DNA of 21,511 nt from Candidatus Bipolaricaulia bacterium (GTDB taxonomy: Bacteria > Bipolaricaulota > Bipolaricaulia > JBHIAT01): contig JBHIAT010000049.1 in the NCBI GenBank assembly GCA_046758705.1, forward strand, positions 1-21,511. Direction: 5' to 3'. Below the pieces are notes generated by a model, which was not told the DNA's origin, made no database searches, and was given only the letters and a program-made list of their open reading frames with translations. Positions 1 to 7,660 of this stretch are shown one piece after another (position 1 is the stretch's first letter; the number at the start of each line of letters is the position of its first letter). A program made the translations under genes and the position numbers.

Positions 1-768
1 GAACTGGCCCGCAAGTATGACGACAAGGATATTGAAGCGTACGCTCTTGGCACGAAAGGTATGGTGCACGCGCGGCTCGGTGAATTTGCGCAAGCCCGAG
101 AGAACATGCAGCGCGCGCGCGAGGTGGTGCGCAGCATCCATTCGCCGGTGACGGAAGCGGATGTGGATCTGTTTGCGGCTTGGTCGTATCTCGACATGGG
201 CGATCCGCAGCGTGGGCTGGAATATAGCCAGCGCGGCGTGGAAAAAGCGATTGCGACGAGCAGCATGGAGTGTATCTGCCATGGCTTTGTCTGTCTCGGT
301 TTCGGAAATTTGCAGGCGCAAAAACTGCCTGAAGCGGTCGTAGCGTTCGAAGAATCTATCCGGCGCTCGGAAATTTCGGGTGCGGCGCAAACTGAAAATC
401 TCGGGCGGGCCGGGCTGGCCATCGCCCAATTTTACAGTGGACGCGCTGAAGCCGTCCAAGACATGGAGGACGTGTTAGCGAATGCTCAGGCGATTGACGA
501 TCAACTCGGGGCGGCTATAGTCGCGCAAACCCTCGGTGAATCTTTGACACAGATGGGTAAATTGGAACGCGCGGAAAGTTATCTCAACAGGGCGTTCGAT
601 TATTACCGCCGTACGGAGATGCGTCCCTACCTAGCCCGTGCGCTCCAATCGCTCGCGCATTTGTATGAAAGACAAGGGCGCAGTCAGGATGCAGAGAACG
701 CGCGGGCGGAGGCCGAAACGTTGATGAAAGAATTGCATTCTCTAGGGTGGAAGGAATTGGCTGAATGA
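1..768 (+). CDS. TPR-repeat protein, C-terminal part (5' end outside the window); possibly the tail of a cyclase/AAA-ATPase-TPR protein
   Basis: The frame is open from base 1 (ELARKYDDKDIEAYALGTKG-MVHARLG...). It shows repeated TPR-like helical pairs (LGESLTQMGKLERAESYLNRAFDYYRR; LARALQSLAHLYERQGRSQDA). Stop TGA at 766-768. Confidence 0.75.
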   Translation, partial: ELARKYDDKDIEAYALGTKGMVHARLGEFAQARENMQRAREVVRSIHSPVTEADVDLFAAWSYLDMGDPQRGLEYSQRGVEKAIATSSMECICHGFVCLGFGNLQAQKLPEAVVAFEESIRRSEISGAAQTENLGRAGLAIAQFYSGRAEAVQDMEDVLANAQAIDDQLGAAIVAQTLGESLTQMGKLERAESYLNRAFDYYRRTEMRPYLARALQSLAHLYERQGRSQDAENARAEAETLMKELHSLGWKELAE

Positions 769-850
769 AAAACTGCGTACCATGTTTGTCGAGAACGCAC
801 CCGGGAAATTAGCGTAAGTGTTTGTCCAGAAAGATGGAGGGAGAACTTCT

Positions 851-2524
851 ATGGCAAAGCCTATCATTCTGATCGTTGACGACGAACCACAGGTGCTCAA
901 CGCGGTCGAGCGCGACTTACGCCAGCATTATCGCGGCGACTATCGCATCCTCAAAGCGGGTTCAGGCGCGGAGGCACTGGAAGCGGTGCGCCAGCTCAAG
1001 CGACGCAATGCGTCTGTGGCCCTGTTCCTGGTCGATCAGCGCATGCCAGAGATGAGTGGCACCGAGTTTCTGGAAGAGGTGCGCAGACTGTATCCTGAGG
1101 CACGCAAAGCCTTGCTCACCGCCTATGCCGACACTGAGGCCGCCATCGCCAGCATCAATACCATTGGGCTGGATCACTACCTGATGAAGCCCTGGGATCC
1201 CCCCGACCAACATCTGTATCCTGTGCTCGACGATCTGCTGAGCGACTGGACTGCGACCGTGTCGGTGCCGTACGATGGCATTCGGGTGGCCGGCACTCTG
1301 TGGTCGGAAAGCAGTCACAACGTCAAAGACTTCCTGGCCTGCAACCGAGTTCCCTATCAGTGGTTGGACATTGAGAAGGATGTGCAGGCTCGGGAGTTGG
1401 TGGAGGCGGTCAATAAAAATCAAAATCAGCATCAGCATCGGTTGCCGGTGGTGTTTTTCCCCGATGGCAGTGTGTTGGTCGATCCGGACAACCGGGCGCT
1501 GGCTGAGAAGGTCGGCATGCAGACACGGGCGACGCAACCTTTCTATGATCTGATCATCATCGGTGCCGGCCCCGCAGGATTAGGAGCTGGGGTCTATGGC
1601 GCGTCCGAGGGGTTGCGCACGGCCATGATCGAGAGAAAGGCCACCGGTGGGCAGGCGGGCACCAGCTCGCGTATTGAGAACTACCTGGGCTTTCCCAAAG
1701 GCTTGAGCGGGTCCGACCTGGCCCAGCGGGCCACCGCTCAGGCCAAGCGCTTCGGGACCGAGATTTTGACCGCGCAGGAGGCGACTCAGGTGCGTGTCGA
1801 GGATCCTTATCGCTTTGTTGAACTGAGCGATGGAACGGAGTTGAGTTGTCATGCTCTGTTGATCGCAACCGGCGTATCGCTTCGTCAGCTCAACGTGCCC
1901 GGCATCGAAGCGGTGACCGGAGCCGGGGTCTACTATGGAGCTGCGTTGACCGAGGCAGTGCATTACCAGGACCAACACGTATTTGTCGTCGGCGGGGCCA
2001 ATTCGGCTGGTCAGGGAGCGATGTTTTTCTCCCGGTACGCGAGCCAAGTCACCATGTTGGTACGCGGTAGCTCATTGGCAAAGAGCATGTCGCAATATCT
2101 GATCGACCAGATCAACGCGACGGAAAACATCGAAGTGCTGGTCAACACAGAAGTGGTCGAAGTGAAAGGCAAAGACCGACTCGAAGCGATTACGATAACG
2201 AACAACGAGACAGGCGAAACCCAAACGATGCCAGCCGCGGCTATGTTCATTTTCATCGGAGCCGTTCCACACACCGACTTAGTGGCGGGCGTGGTGGAAC
2301 GAAACCAGGCGGGGTTCATCTTCACCGGGCCGGATCTGATTCACGATGGTCGCCGACCCAAGAACTGGAAGCTGAAGCGCGACCCATTTTTGCTGGAGAC
2401 CAGTGTGCCGGGCATCTTCGCCGCCGGAGACGTTCGGGAGGGCGCGATCAGACGGGTGGCTTCAGCCGTAGGGGAAGGCGCGATAGCGGTCAGTTTTGTT
2501 CACCAATATTTGAGGACAGTCTAG
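851..2524 (+). CDS. Receiver domain + glutaredoxin-like domain + thioredoxin-reductase-like flavoprotein fusion (copy A)
   Basis: ATG at 851 follows a GGAGGGAG SD, a better start than the GTG at 818. REC motifs: IVDDE, VDQRMP, LTAYAD, MKPW. FAD motifs: GAGPAGL and ETSVPGIFAAGDVR. TrxB-type GGQ...IENYLGFP, ATG, and GGANSAGQ. The active-site position reads YYGAALTEA rather than YCATCDG. Confidence 0.9.
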   Translation: MAKPIILIVDDEPQVLNAVERDLRQHYRGDYRILKAGSGAEALEAVRQLKRRNASVALFLVDQRMPEMSGTEFLEEVRRLYPEARKALLTAYADTEAAIASINTIGLDHYLMKPWDPPDQHLYPVLDDLLSDWTATVSVPYDGIRVAGTLWSESSHNVKDFLACNRVPYQWLDIEKDVQARELVEAVNKNQNQHQHRLPVVFFPDGSVLVDPDNRALAEKVGMQTRATQPFYDLIIIGAGPAGLGAGVYGASEGLRTAMIERKATGGQAGTSSRIENYLGFPKGLSGSDLAQRATAQAKRFGTEILTAQEATQVRVEDPYRFVELSDGTELSCHALLIATGVSLRQLNVPGIEAVTGAGVYYGAALTEAVHYQDQHVFVVGGANSAGQGAMFFSRYASQVTMLVRGSSLAKSMSQYLIDQINATENIEVLVNTEVVEVKGKDRLEAITITNNETGETQTMPAAAMFIFIGAVPHTDLVAGVVERNQAGFIFTGPDLIHDGRRPKNWKLKRDPFLLETSVPGIFAAGDVREGAIRRVASAVGEGAIAVSFVHQYLRTV

Positions 2525-4374
2525 TGTACGACTTCTTGAAGAAGGTGCCCCTGTTTGCTGACCTGTCCGAGGCTGATCTGAAGCATCTGTGCGAGATGGC
2601 CGAGGAAGTGCGGCTGTCAGCGGGACAGGAGTTGTTTGCGGAAGGCAGTCCAGGCGACCGGGCGTATATCATTAAGGAAGGGCAGCTTGAGATTGTCAAG
2701 ACCTCCGGCGGGCGCGACGTGCTGCTGTCTGTACGCGACGAGCCCGGTGATATTATTGGAGAGATGGCGTTGCTGGAGCAGGTGCCGCGTACGGCGAGCG
2801 TGCGTGCCCGCACTGACAGCGTGTTGTTGGCCATTCATCAGGATCAGTTCGATCACCTGTTGAACACTAGCTCTTCGGCAGCACGCGCTATCTTGGATAC
2901 CGTCCTCGCGCGTTTGCGCGGCACGGAAGCCATGCTTCGCCAGAGCGAAAAGATGGCCCAATTGGGCACCCTGACCGCCGGTGTGGCCCACGAACTCAAC
3001 AACCCGGCGGCGGCCGTCAAGCGCGGTGCGGGACAGCTAAACAGCTCCATTGCGCAATTTGAACAAGTGCATATAAATTTGAGCCGGCTGGCTCTCACTG
3101 AAGCGCAACGGGAGGTGCTGCAGGATCTGGCTCAGCAAGGCCAGGAACAGGCGGCTCGACCTCCGGAGTTGGATGTGCTCGTCCGCAGCGATCGTGAATA
3201 CGAGCTAGAAACCTGGCTGGAAGAGCAGGGAGTGGCCGACGCCTGGGAGCTTGCACCTACGTTGGTAAATCTGGACTACAATACCTCTGCGCTGACGGTG
3301 CTGACCGAGCACTTTCCTCCCGACCAGCTTCCGGTGGTGATCGGCTGGCTGGGTGCGACATACACGATATACAGCCTGTTGTCAGAGATCGGACAGGGTG
3401 CGGAACGGATCTCTCAGATCGTCAAGGCGCTCAAGACCTATTCATACCTGGATCAGGCCCCAGTGCAGGCCGTGGATGTGCACGAGGGGTTGGATAGCAC
3501 GTTGATCATCTTGCGTAACAAGCTCAAATCCGGCATCAGTGTGCGCCGGGAATATGCGCCCGATCTGCCGCAGATTCAAGCCTATGGCAGCGAACTCAAC
3601 CAGGTTTGGACCAATATCATCGACAATGCGGCCGATGCGTTGGAAGGGCAGGGTGAAATCGTCATTCGCACACGTCGGGACGGAGAATCCGTGGTGGTCG
3701 AAATTCAGGACAACGGTCCCGGTATTCCGGAGGAGATTCGGTCTAAGGTGTTCGATCCTTTCTTCACGACCAAGCCCCCCGGGAAGGGAACCGGACTGGG
3801 CTTGAACATCAGCTATAATATCGCCGTCCAAAGACACCTGGGGGATATCAAGGTTTTCTCACAGCCGGGCAAGACCTGCTTTCAGGTGAGGCTTCCAATC
3901 AGTTTTGAGACGGCTCAAGGCAACCCTCCTCCCATCGAGGCGATCTCTAGGGCCAGCGATGAACGGATCCGCTACATTCTTGAGACGACCGAGAAGATCG
4001 CCGTCGTCGGTATATCGGCGCACTCAGATCGTCCAGCGCATACTGTCCCGGCCTACTTGCAGGAACACGGGTACCGTATTTTCCCGGTCAACCCGAACCT
4101 TGACGAAGTGCTCGGTGAAAGAGCGTATCCCGATCTCGTCTCGATCCCGGAGCCGGTGGATGTGGTCATGATCTTTCGCCGGAGCGAGATGGTCCCGCCG
4201 ATTGTCGAACAGGCGATTCAGATCGGGGCCAAGGTGGTTTGGATGCAAGAGGGGATCGTCAATGAGCAGGCGGCCGAAGTCGCCCACACGGCCGGGCTGG
4301 AAGTCGTGATGGATGCCTGCATGCGCGCCGCAAACAAGCGTCTGGTGAGGTCGCATGACAAACCCTCTATGTAA
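2524..4374 (+). CDS. Cytoplasmic sensor histidine kinase: N-terminal cNMP-binding (CAP-like) domain, HisKA/HATPase, C-terminal CoA-binding (YccU-like) domain
   Basis: The GTG start overlaps the upstream stop (TAGTG). cNMP motifs: [26 protein letters not shown]...PRTASVRA. H-box AHELNNP, N-box [14 protein letters not shown]1 DNGPGI, F/G2 [18 protein letters not shown]. The tail IAVVGIS...GYRIFPVNP...VWMQEG...VVMDAC matches the CoA-binding family. Confidence 0.9.
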   Translation: MYDFLKKVPLFADLSEADLKHLCEMAEEVRLSAGQELFAEGSPGDRAYIIKEGQLEIVKTSGGRDVLLSVRDEPGDIIGEMALLEQVPRTASVRARTDSVLLAIHQDQFDHLLNTSSSAARAILDTVLARLRGTEAMLRQSEKMAQLGTLTAGVAHELNNPAAAVKRGAGQLNSSIAQFEQVHINLSRLALTEAQREVLQDLAQQGQEQAARPPELDVLVRSDREYELETWLEEQGVADAWELAPTLVNLDYNTSALTVLTEHFPPDQLPVVIGWLGATYTIYSLLSEIGQGAERISQIVKALKTYSYLDQAPVQAVDVHEGLDSTLIILRNKLKSGISVRREYAPDLPQIQAYGSELNQVWTNIIDNAADALEGQGEIVIRTRRDGESVVVEIQDNGPGIPEEIRSKVFDPFFTTKPPGKGTGLGLNISYNIAVQRHLGDIKVFSQPGKTCFQVRLPISFETAQGNPPPIEAISRASDERIRYILETTEKIAVVGISAHSDRPAHTVPAYLQEHGYRIFPVNPNLDEVLGERAYPDLVSIPEPVDVVMIFRRSEMVPPIVEQAIQIGAKVVWMQEGIVNEQAAEVAHTAGLEVVMDACMRAANKRLVRSHDKPSM

Positions 4375-4463
4375 GCGTCCACTTGGTGGTCATGCTGGTT
4401 CTCGTCGGTGCGGCCCGACGCGCGGTCTGGCCATACCTGCTGGTCCTGATACCGATTCATTAG
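4362..4463 (+). pseudogene. Short hydrophobic membrane-protein relic (resembles part of a DUF3307-type protein)
   Basis: Hand translation gives [33 protein letters not shown], bounded upstream by a stop and with no SD-led start. The family resemblance is from memory only. Confidence 0.3.
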
Positions 4464-4808
4464 ACCGGGCAGACCCATCGTATGGTCAGCATGACCGTGA
4501 CTGATGACGATCGCCTGGATCTCTTTGATGTTGATCTCCAGGGCATCAATGTTATGCATCGTGCCTTGAGACGTGACCCCAGTGTCGTACAGGAACGTTC
4601 CCGTTTTATCCCCCTGTTTGACGTGCAGCAACGCTGAGAAACCATGTTCGGCCATGGGCATCAGCCCTTCAAACATGCCTGATTTCATCAGATAGCGTTG
4701 TACGACGTTCTCGTCGTTTTTGCTGAACGTTCCCATATCGACAACGTTGTCAACGATACTCGTCACCTGTACTTCATCAACTTCTGGAATTGCGATGGTT
4801 TGAGGCAT
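4452..4808 (-). pseudogene. 3'-truncated metallo-beta-lactamase-fold hydrolase
   Basis: ATG at 4808 follows an AAGGAGG SD (MPQTIAIPEVDEVQVTSIVDN). Motifs AEHGFSALL, FLYDTG and SHGHADH are present. Similarity ends after about 120 aa (GLPGLMNR); the frame then runs antisense into the kinase to a stop at 4218. Confidence 0.7.
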
Positions 4809-4988
4809 ACTCTTTCCTCCTTGACTTGGATTAGATCTCTCAAAAATCATAAAATCATATGTTGCTTAGAACGTATAATCAAAATATAAAAATCCAAGGA
4901 GGCCAAAGTAAACTCTCACATTCGAACGATTACCGCTTAATCCTGGGTCGTTCAGATGAGACACCCAATATGCCCTTCCCATAAGGAT

Positions 4989-5058
4989 AAGGAGGTAACA
5001 AACGATAGCTGACAATAACGAACTGCACATCGTATTCGGGACCAGTGGAGATGTATAG
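4989..5058 (+). pseudogene. Remnant 5' end of a probable NAD(P)-binding Rossmann (epimerase/SDR-like) gene
   Basis: A strong SD AAGGAGGT (4989-4996) precedes ATA at 5005, where a start codon is expected. The frame reads (I)ADNNELHIVFGTSGDV*, resembling the 'LHVVFGTG' beta1 motif. Confidence 0.35.
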
Positions 5059-5102
5059 TTAGACGGTCTCCACAAACGTGGCAACCTTTCCAAAGGAGGC
5101 CA

Positions 5103-5546
5103 ATGATGTTTGTACACATGTCAGTGGATATTCAGACACCACCAGAAAAGGTCTGGCCATACCTAGTCGAGCCAGAAAAGACGATGCAGTGGTTCACCGC
5201 TTTGAAGAAGTTTGAGTACACCAGTGATCAGCAAGAGGGGGTCGGCTCTACCTTCTATTGGGAGGAGGAGGCGAGAAACAGGATCTATAAGCTCAATTTT
5301 GTGACTACCGAGTGGGTTGAGAACAAGGTCTTTGCCTACCGCATGACGTCTGGAGACTTCTTCAGAAGTTACGACGAGCGTTGGGAAATCGATGCCACGC
5401 CGAATGGCTGTCGCTTCACATTCAACGACCACATCGAGTTCCCATATGGGCCAATCGGCAAGGTCATTGGTTGGTTCGCCGCGCGCAGTGCCAAGGCAAC
5501 TGGCAATGAAATCCTGGCTAATCTCAAACGCTTGGCGGAGGCTTAG
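5103..5546 (+). CDS. SRPBCC / START-like (polyketide cyclase/dehydrase-type) ligand-binding protein
   Basis: AAGGAGG SD. N-terminal SVDIQTPPEKVWPYLVEPEKTMQW, a central GVGSTF motif, and a C-terminal helix ending LANLKRLAE. Confidence 0.85.
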   Translation: MMFVHMSVDIQTPPEKVWPYLVEPEKTMQWFTALKKFEYTSDQQEGVGSTFYWEEEARNRIYKLNFVTTEWVENKVFAYRMTSGDFFRSYDERWEIDATPNGCRFTFNDHIEFPYGPIGKVIGWFAARSAKATGNEILANLKRLAEA

Positions 5547-5654
5547 AAGACTTAGAGGCGCCTCTTCGCTATTGCAGCATTGGGCCTGCAAATGCCTAAC
5601 CAATACGGCTGTATGAGGAGCGGCACGCGAACCGGGTGGCTAATTGCGCTCAGG

Positions 5655-5942
5655 TCAAATCAATATCTGATCTATGTAGCACCACATCCAATCCTGTCCC
5701 CAACCTTGTCCAGGTTCTTCGAACGCCTGGATGATGGGATGACCGGTGGCGTGAAAGTGCTTGGTGGCGTGCTTGTTCTTGGAGTTATCGCAGCAACCCA
5801 CGTGGCCGCAAATCAGACAGATACGGAGCTCCACCCACGTGTCCCCGATCGCCAGACATTCCTCGCAACCCTGTGCGCTGGGTGTGACCTCCTGGATCAG
5901 CTCGAGATGCGTGCACTGCTTACCGCCTTGTGACTCACTCAT
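5655..5942 (-). CDS. UBP-type zinc finger domain protein
   Basis: CTHL...GCEECL..GDTWVELRICLICGHVGCCDNSKNKHATKHFHATGHPII...WMWCYID. The start overlaps the upstream stop (ATGA at 5939-5942). Confidence 0.9.
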   Translation of the reverse strand: MSESQGGKQCTHLELIQEVTPSAQGCEECLAIGDTWVELRICLICGHVGCCDNSKNKHATKHFHATGHPIIQAFEEPGQGWGQDWMWCYIDQILI

Positions 5943-7603
5943 GCACCCACCTCGCTCAGGTACTTGTGAATGAACATGACCGCCATCGCGCCTTCACCCA
6001 CTGCCGTTACCACACGCTTCGCCGAGCCACAGCGAACATCCCCGGCCACAAACACGCCGGGCAGGCTGGTCTCAAGCGGGAAGGGATCGCGCTCAAGTGG
6101 CCAGCCTTTGGGCCGGTTTTTCCCGGCTAGATCGAAGCCGGAAAGAATGAACCCATACTCATCTCGGGCCACCGCGTCGCCCAGCCAATCGGTATGCGGC
6201 ACGGCTCCAATGAAGATGAACAGGGCCGTTGCGGATACGGCCTCGCTCTGACCGGTGTCGATGTGAGTGAAGGTGATGGCTTCGAGGTGATCCTCACCTT
6301 GGAGTCCCGCCACCTCGGTGTTCAGCCACACCCGAATGTTCTCGGTGGCCTCAATCCGGTCTATCAGATACTGTGACATGGTGCTGGACAGGGAATCCCC
6401 CCGAACCAACATTGTCACGGTCTTTGCGTACTCGGAGAAGTACATCGCCGCTTGCCCGGCGGAGTTGGCCCCACCCACGATATAGACCTCCTCGCCCTGG
6501 ACGGACTTACCCTCGGTCAGAGCCGCGCCGTAGTAAACGCCTGCTCCGGTCAGGTTCTCGATGTGGGGTACCTCAAGCCTGCGGTAGGACACGCCGGTGG
6601 TGATGAGGAGCGCATAACCACTCAGCTCGTTCCCGTCGGCGAGCACAACACCCCGATAGGGGTCGTTGAGACACAGCCCGGTTGCCTCTTGGGCCGAAAG
6701 CACCTCCACCCCGAAGCGCCGAACTTGGGTCACGGCCCGCCGGGCCAGGTCGCCACCCGAGAGGCCCACCGGAAATCCCGGATAGTTCTCGATACGGGAA
6801 CTCATTACCGCTTGGCCCCCAGGAGCCTGACGCTCGATGATCAGGGTATGCAATCCCTCGGAGCCACCATAGACCCCAGCTGCCAGGCCGGCTGGGCCGG
6901 CACCGACGACGATCAGATCGTAGAACGGTTTCTCGGCCTGAGTCTGCAGCCCAGCCTTTGCGGCGACCTGCTGGCTTGACGGCTCCTCTAGAATCGCACC
7001 GTCGGGGAAGAGCACCAACGGCAGCCGCGGGGCCTCGAGGCCAGAATATTCGAGCAACTCGCGGGCTTCCGGCTCCATCTCAAGGTCGAACCAGCGGTAG
7101 GGCACCTGGTTCTGTGCCAGGAACTCCTTGACTTGGTGCGACTTGGGCGACCAGCGGTGGCCGATCACCCGTATTCCTTCGAAGGGGGGGCGGTAACCGG
7201 CCTGCCAGTCGTCGAGCAAGTCGTTCAGGACCGGATAGAGTTGCTCTTCAGGCGGATCCCACGGCTTGAGCAGATAGTAGTCAACATTCACACTGTTGAT
7301 GGCACTGATAGCAGCGTCTGTATCCGCGTAGGCGGTGAGCAGGACACGCTTGACTTCCGGGAAGAGTGAGACCGCTTCCTCCAGGAACTCCACCCCGGTG
7401 AGCCCCGGCATGCGCTGATCTACCAAAAAAAGTGCCACCGGATCGCCGCTGAGCTTGAGCTGCTTGAGGGCCTCCAGTGCCACCTCGCCTGAGTCGGCGC
7501 GCAGCACCCGATACTCAGCGCCGTACTCGCGCCGCAGGTCACGCGCAACAGCCCGCAGCACCTCAGGATCGTCATCTACGATGAGCAATGCAGGTTTAGC
7601 CAT
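5939..7603 (-). CDS. Receiver domain + glutaredoxin-like domain + thioredoxin-reductase-like flavoprotein fusion (copy B)
   Basis: Collinear with copy A: IVDDD, VDQRMP, LTAYAD, LKPWDPP, GAGPAGL, IENYPGFP, YYGAALTEG, GGANSAGQ, ETSLPGVFVAGDVR. GGAG SD upstream. Confidence 0.9.
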   Translation of the reverse strand: MAKPALLIVDDDPEVLRAVARDLRREYGAEYRVLRADSGEVALEALKQLKLSGDPVALFLVDQRMPGLTGVEFLEEAVSLFPEVKRVLLTAYADTDAAISAINSVNVDYYLLKPWDPPEEQLYPVLNDLLDDWQAGYRPPFEGIRVIGHRWSPKSHQVKEFLAQNQVPYRWFDLEMEPEARELLEYSGLEAPRLPLVLFPDGAILEEPSSQQVAAKAGLQTQAEKPFYDLIVVGAGPAGLAAGVYGGSEGLHTLIIERQAPGGQAVMSSRIENYPGFPVGLSGGDLARRAVTQVRRFGVEVLSAQEATGLCLNDPYRGVVLADGNELSGYALLITTGVSYRRLEVPHIENLTGAGVYYGAALTEGKSVQGEEVYIVGGANSAGQAAMYFSEYAKTVTMLVRGDSLSSTMSQYLIDRIEATENIRVWLNTEVAGLQGEDHLEAITFTHIDTGQSEAVSATALFIFIGAVPHTDWLGDAVARDEYGFILSGFDLAGKNRPKGWPLERDPFPLETSLPGVFVAGDVRCGSAKRVVTAVGEGAMAVMFIHKYLSEVGA

Positions 7604-7660
7604 AAGTCTCCAAGTCTCCTAAGAGTTTTTTAGTATTGTAATCTTAGCGGCCCTGAGAAA

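Noticed and set aside
818-850. GTG start at 818 for REC-TrxR copy A
   Set aside because: The SD lies inside this extension, and the paralogue begins MAKP, matching the ATG at 851.
5572-5591. TTGCAG...CTGCAA hairpin as a terminator between convergent genes
   Set aside because: The stem is short and there is no U-tract on either strand, so support is too weak.
5594-5655. GCCTAAC after the SRPBCC gene as a possible integron attC R'' box
   Set aside because: There is no matching GTTAGGC/GTTRRRY partner or long hairpin downstream, and no integrase in the window.
851-7603. Calling the two flavoproteins trxB or ahpF, or invoking selenocysteine to explain the missing Cys
   Set aside because: There is no CxxC at the active site and no in-frame TGA in either ORF. 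Ordinary sense codons occupy those positions.
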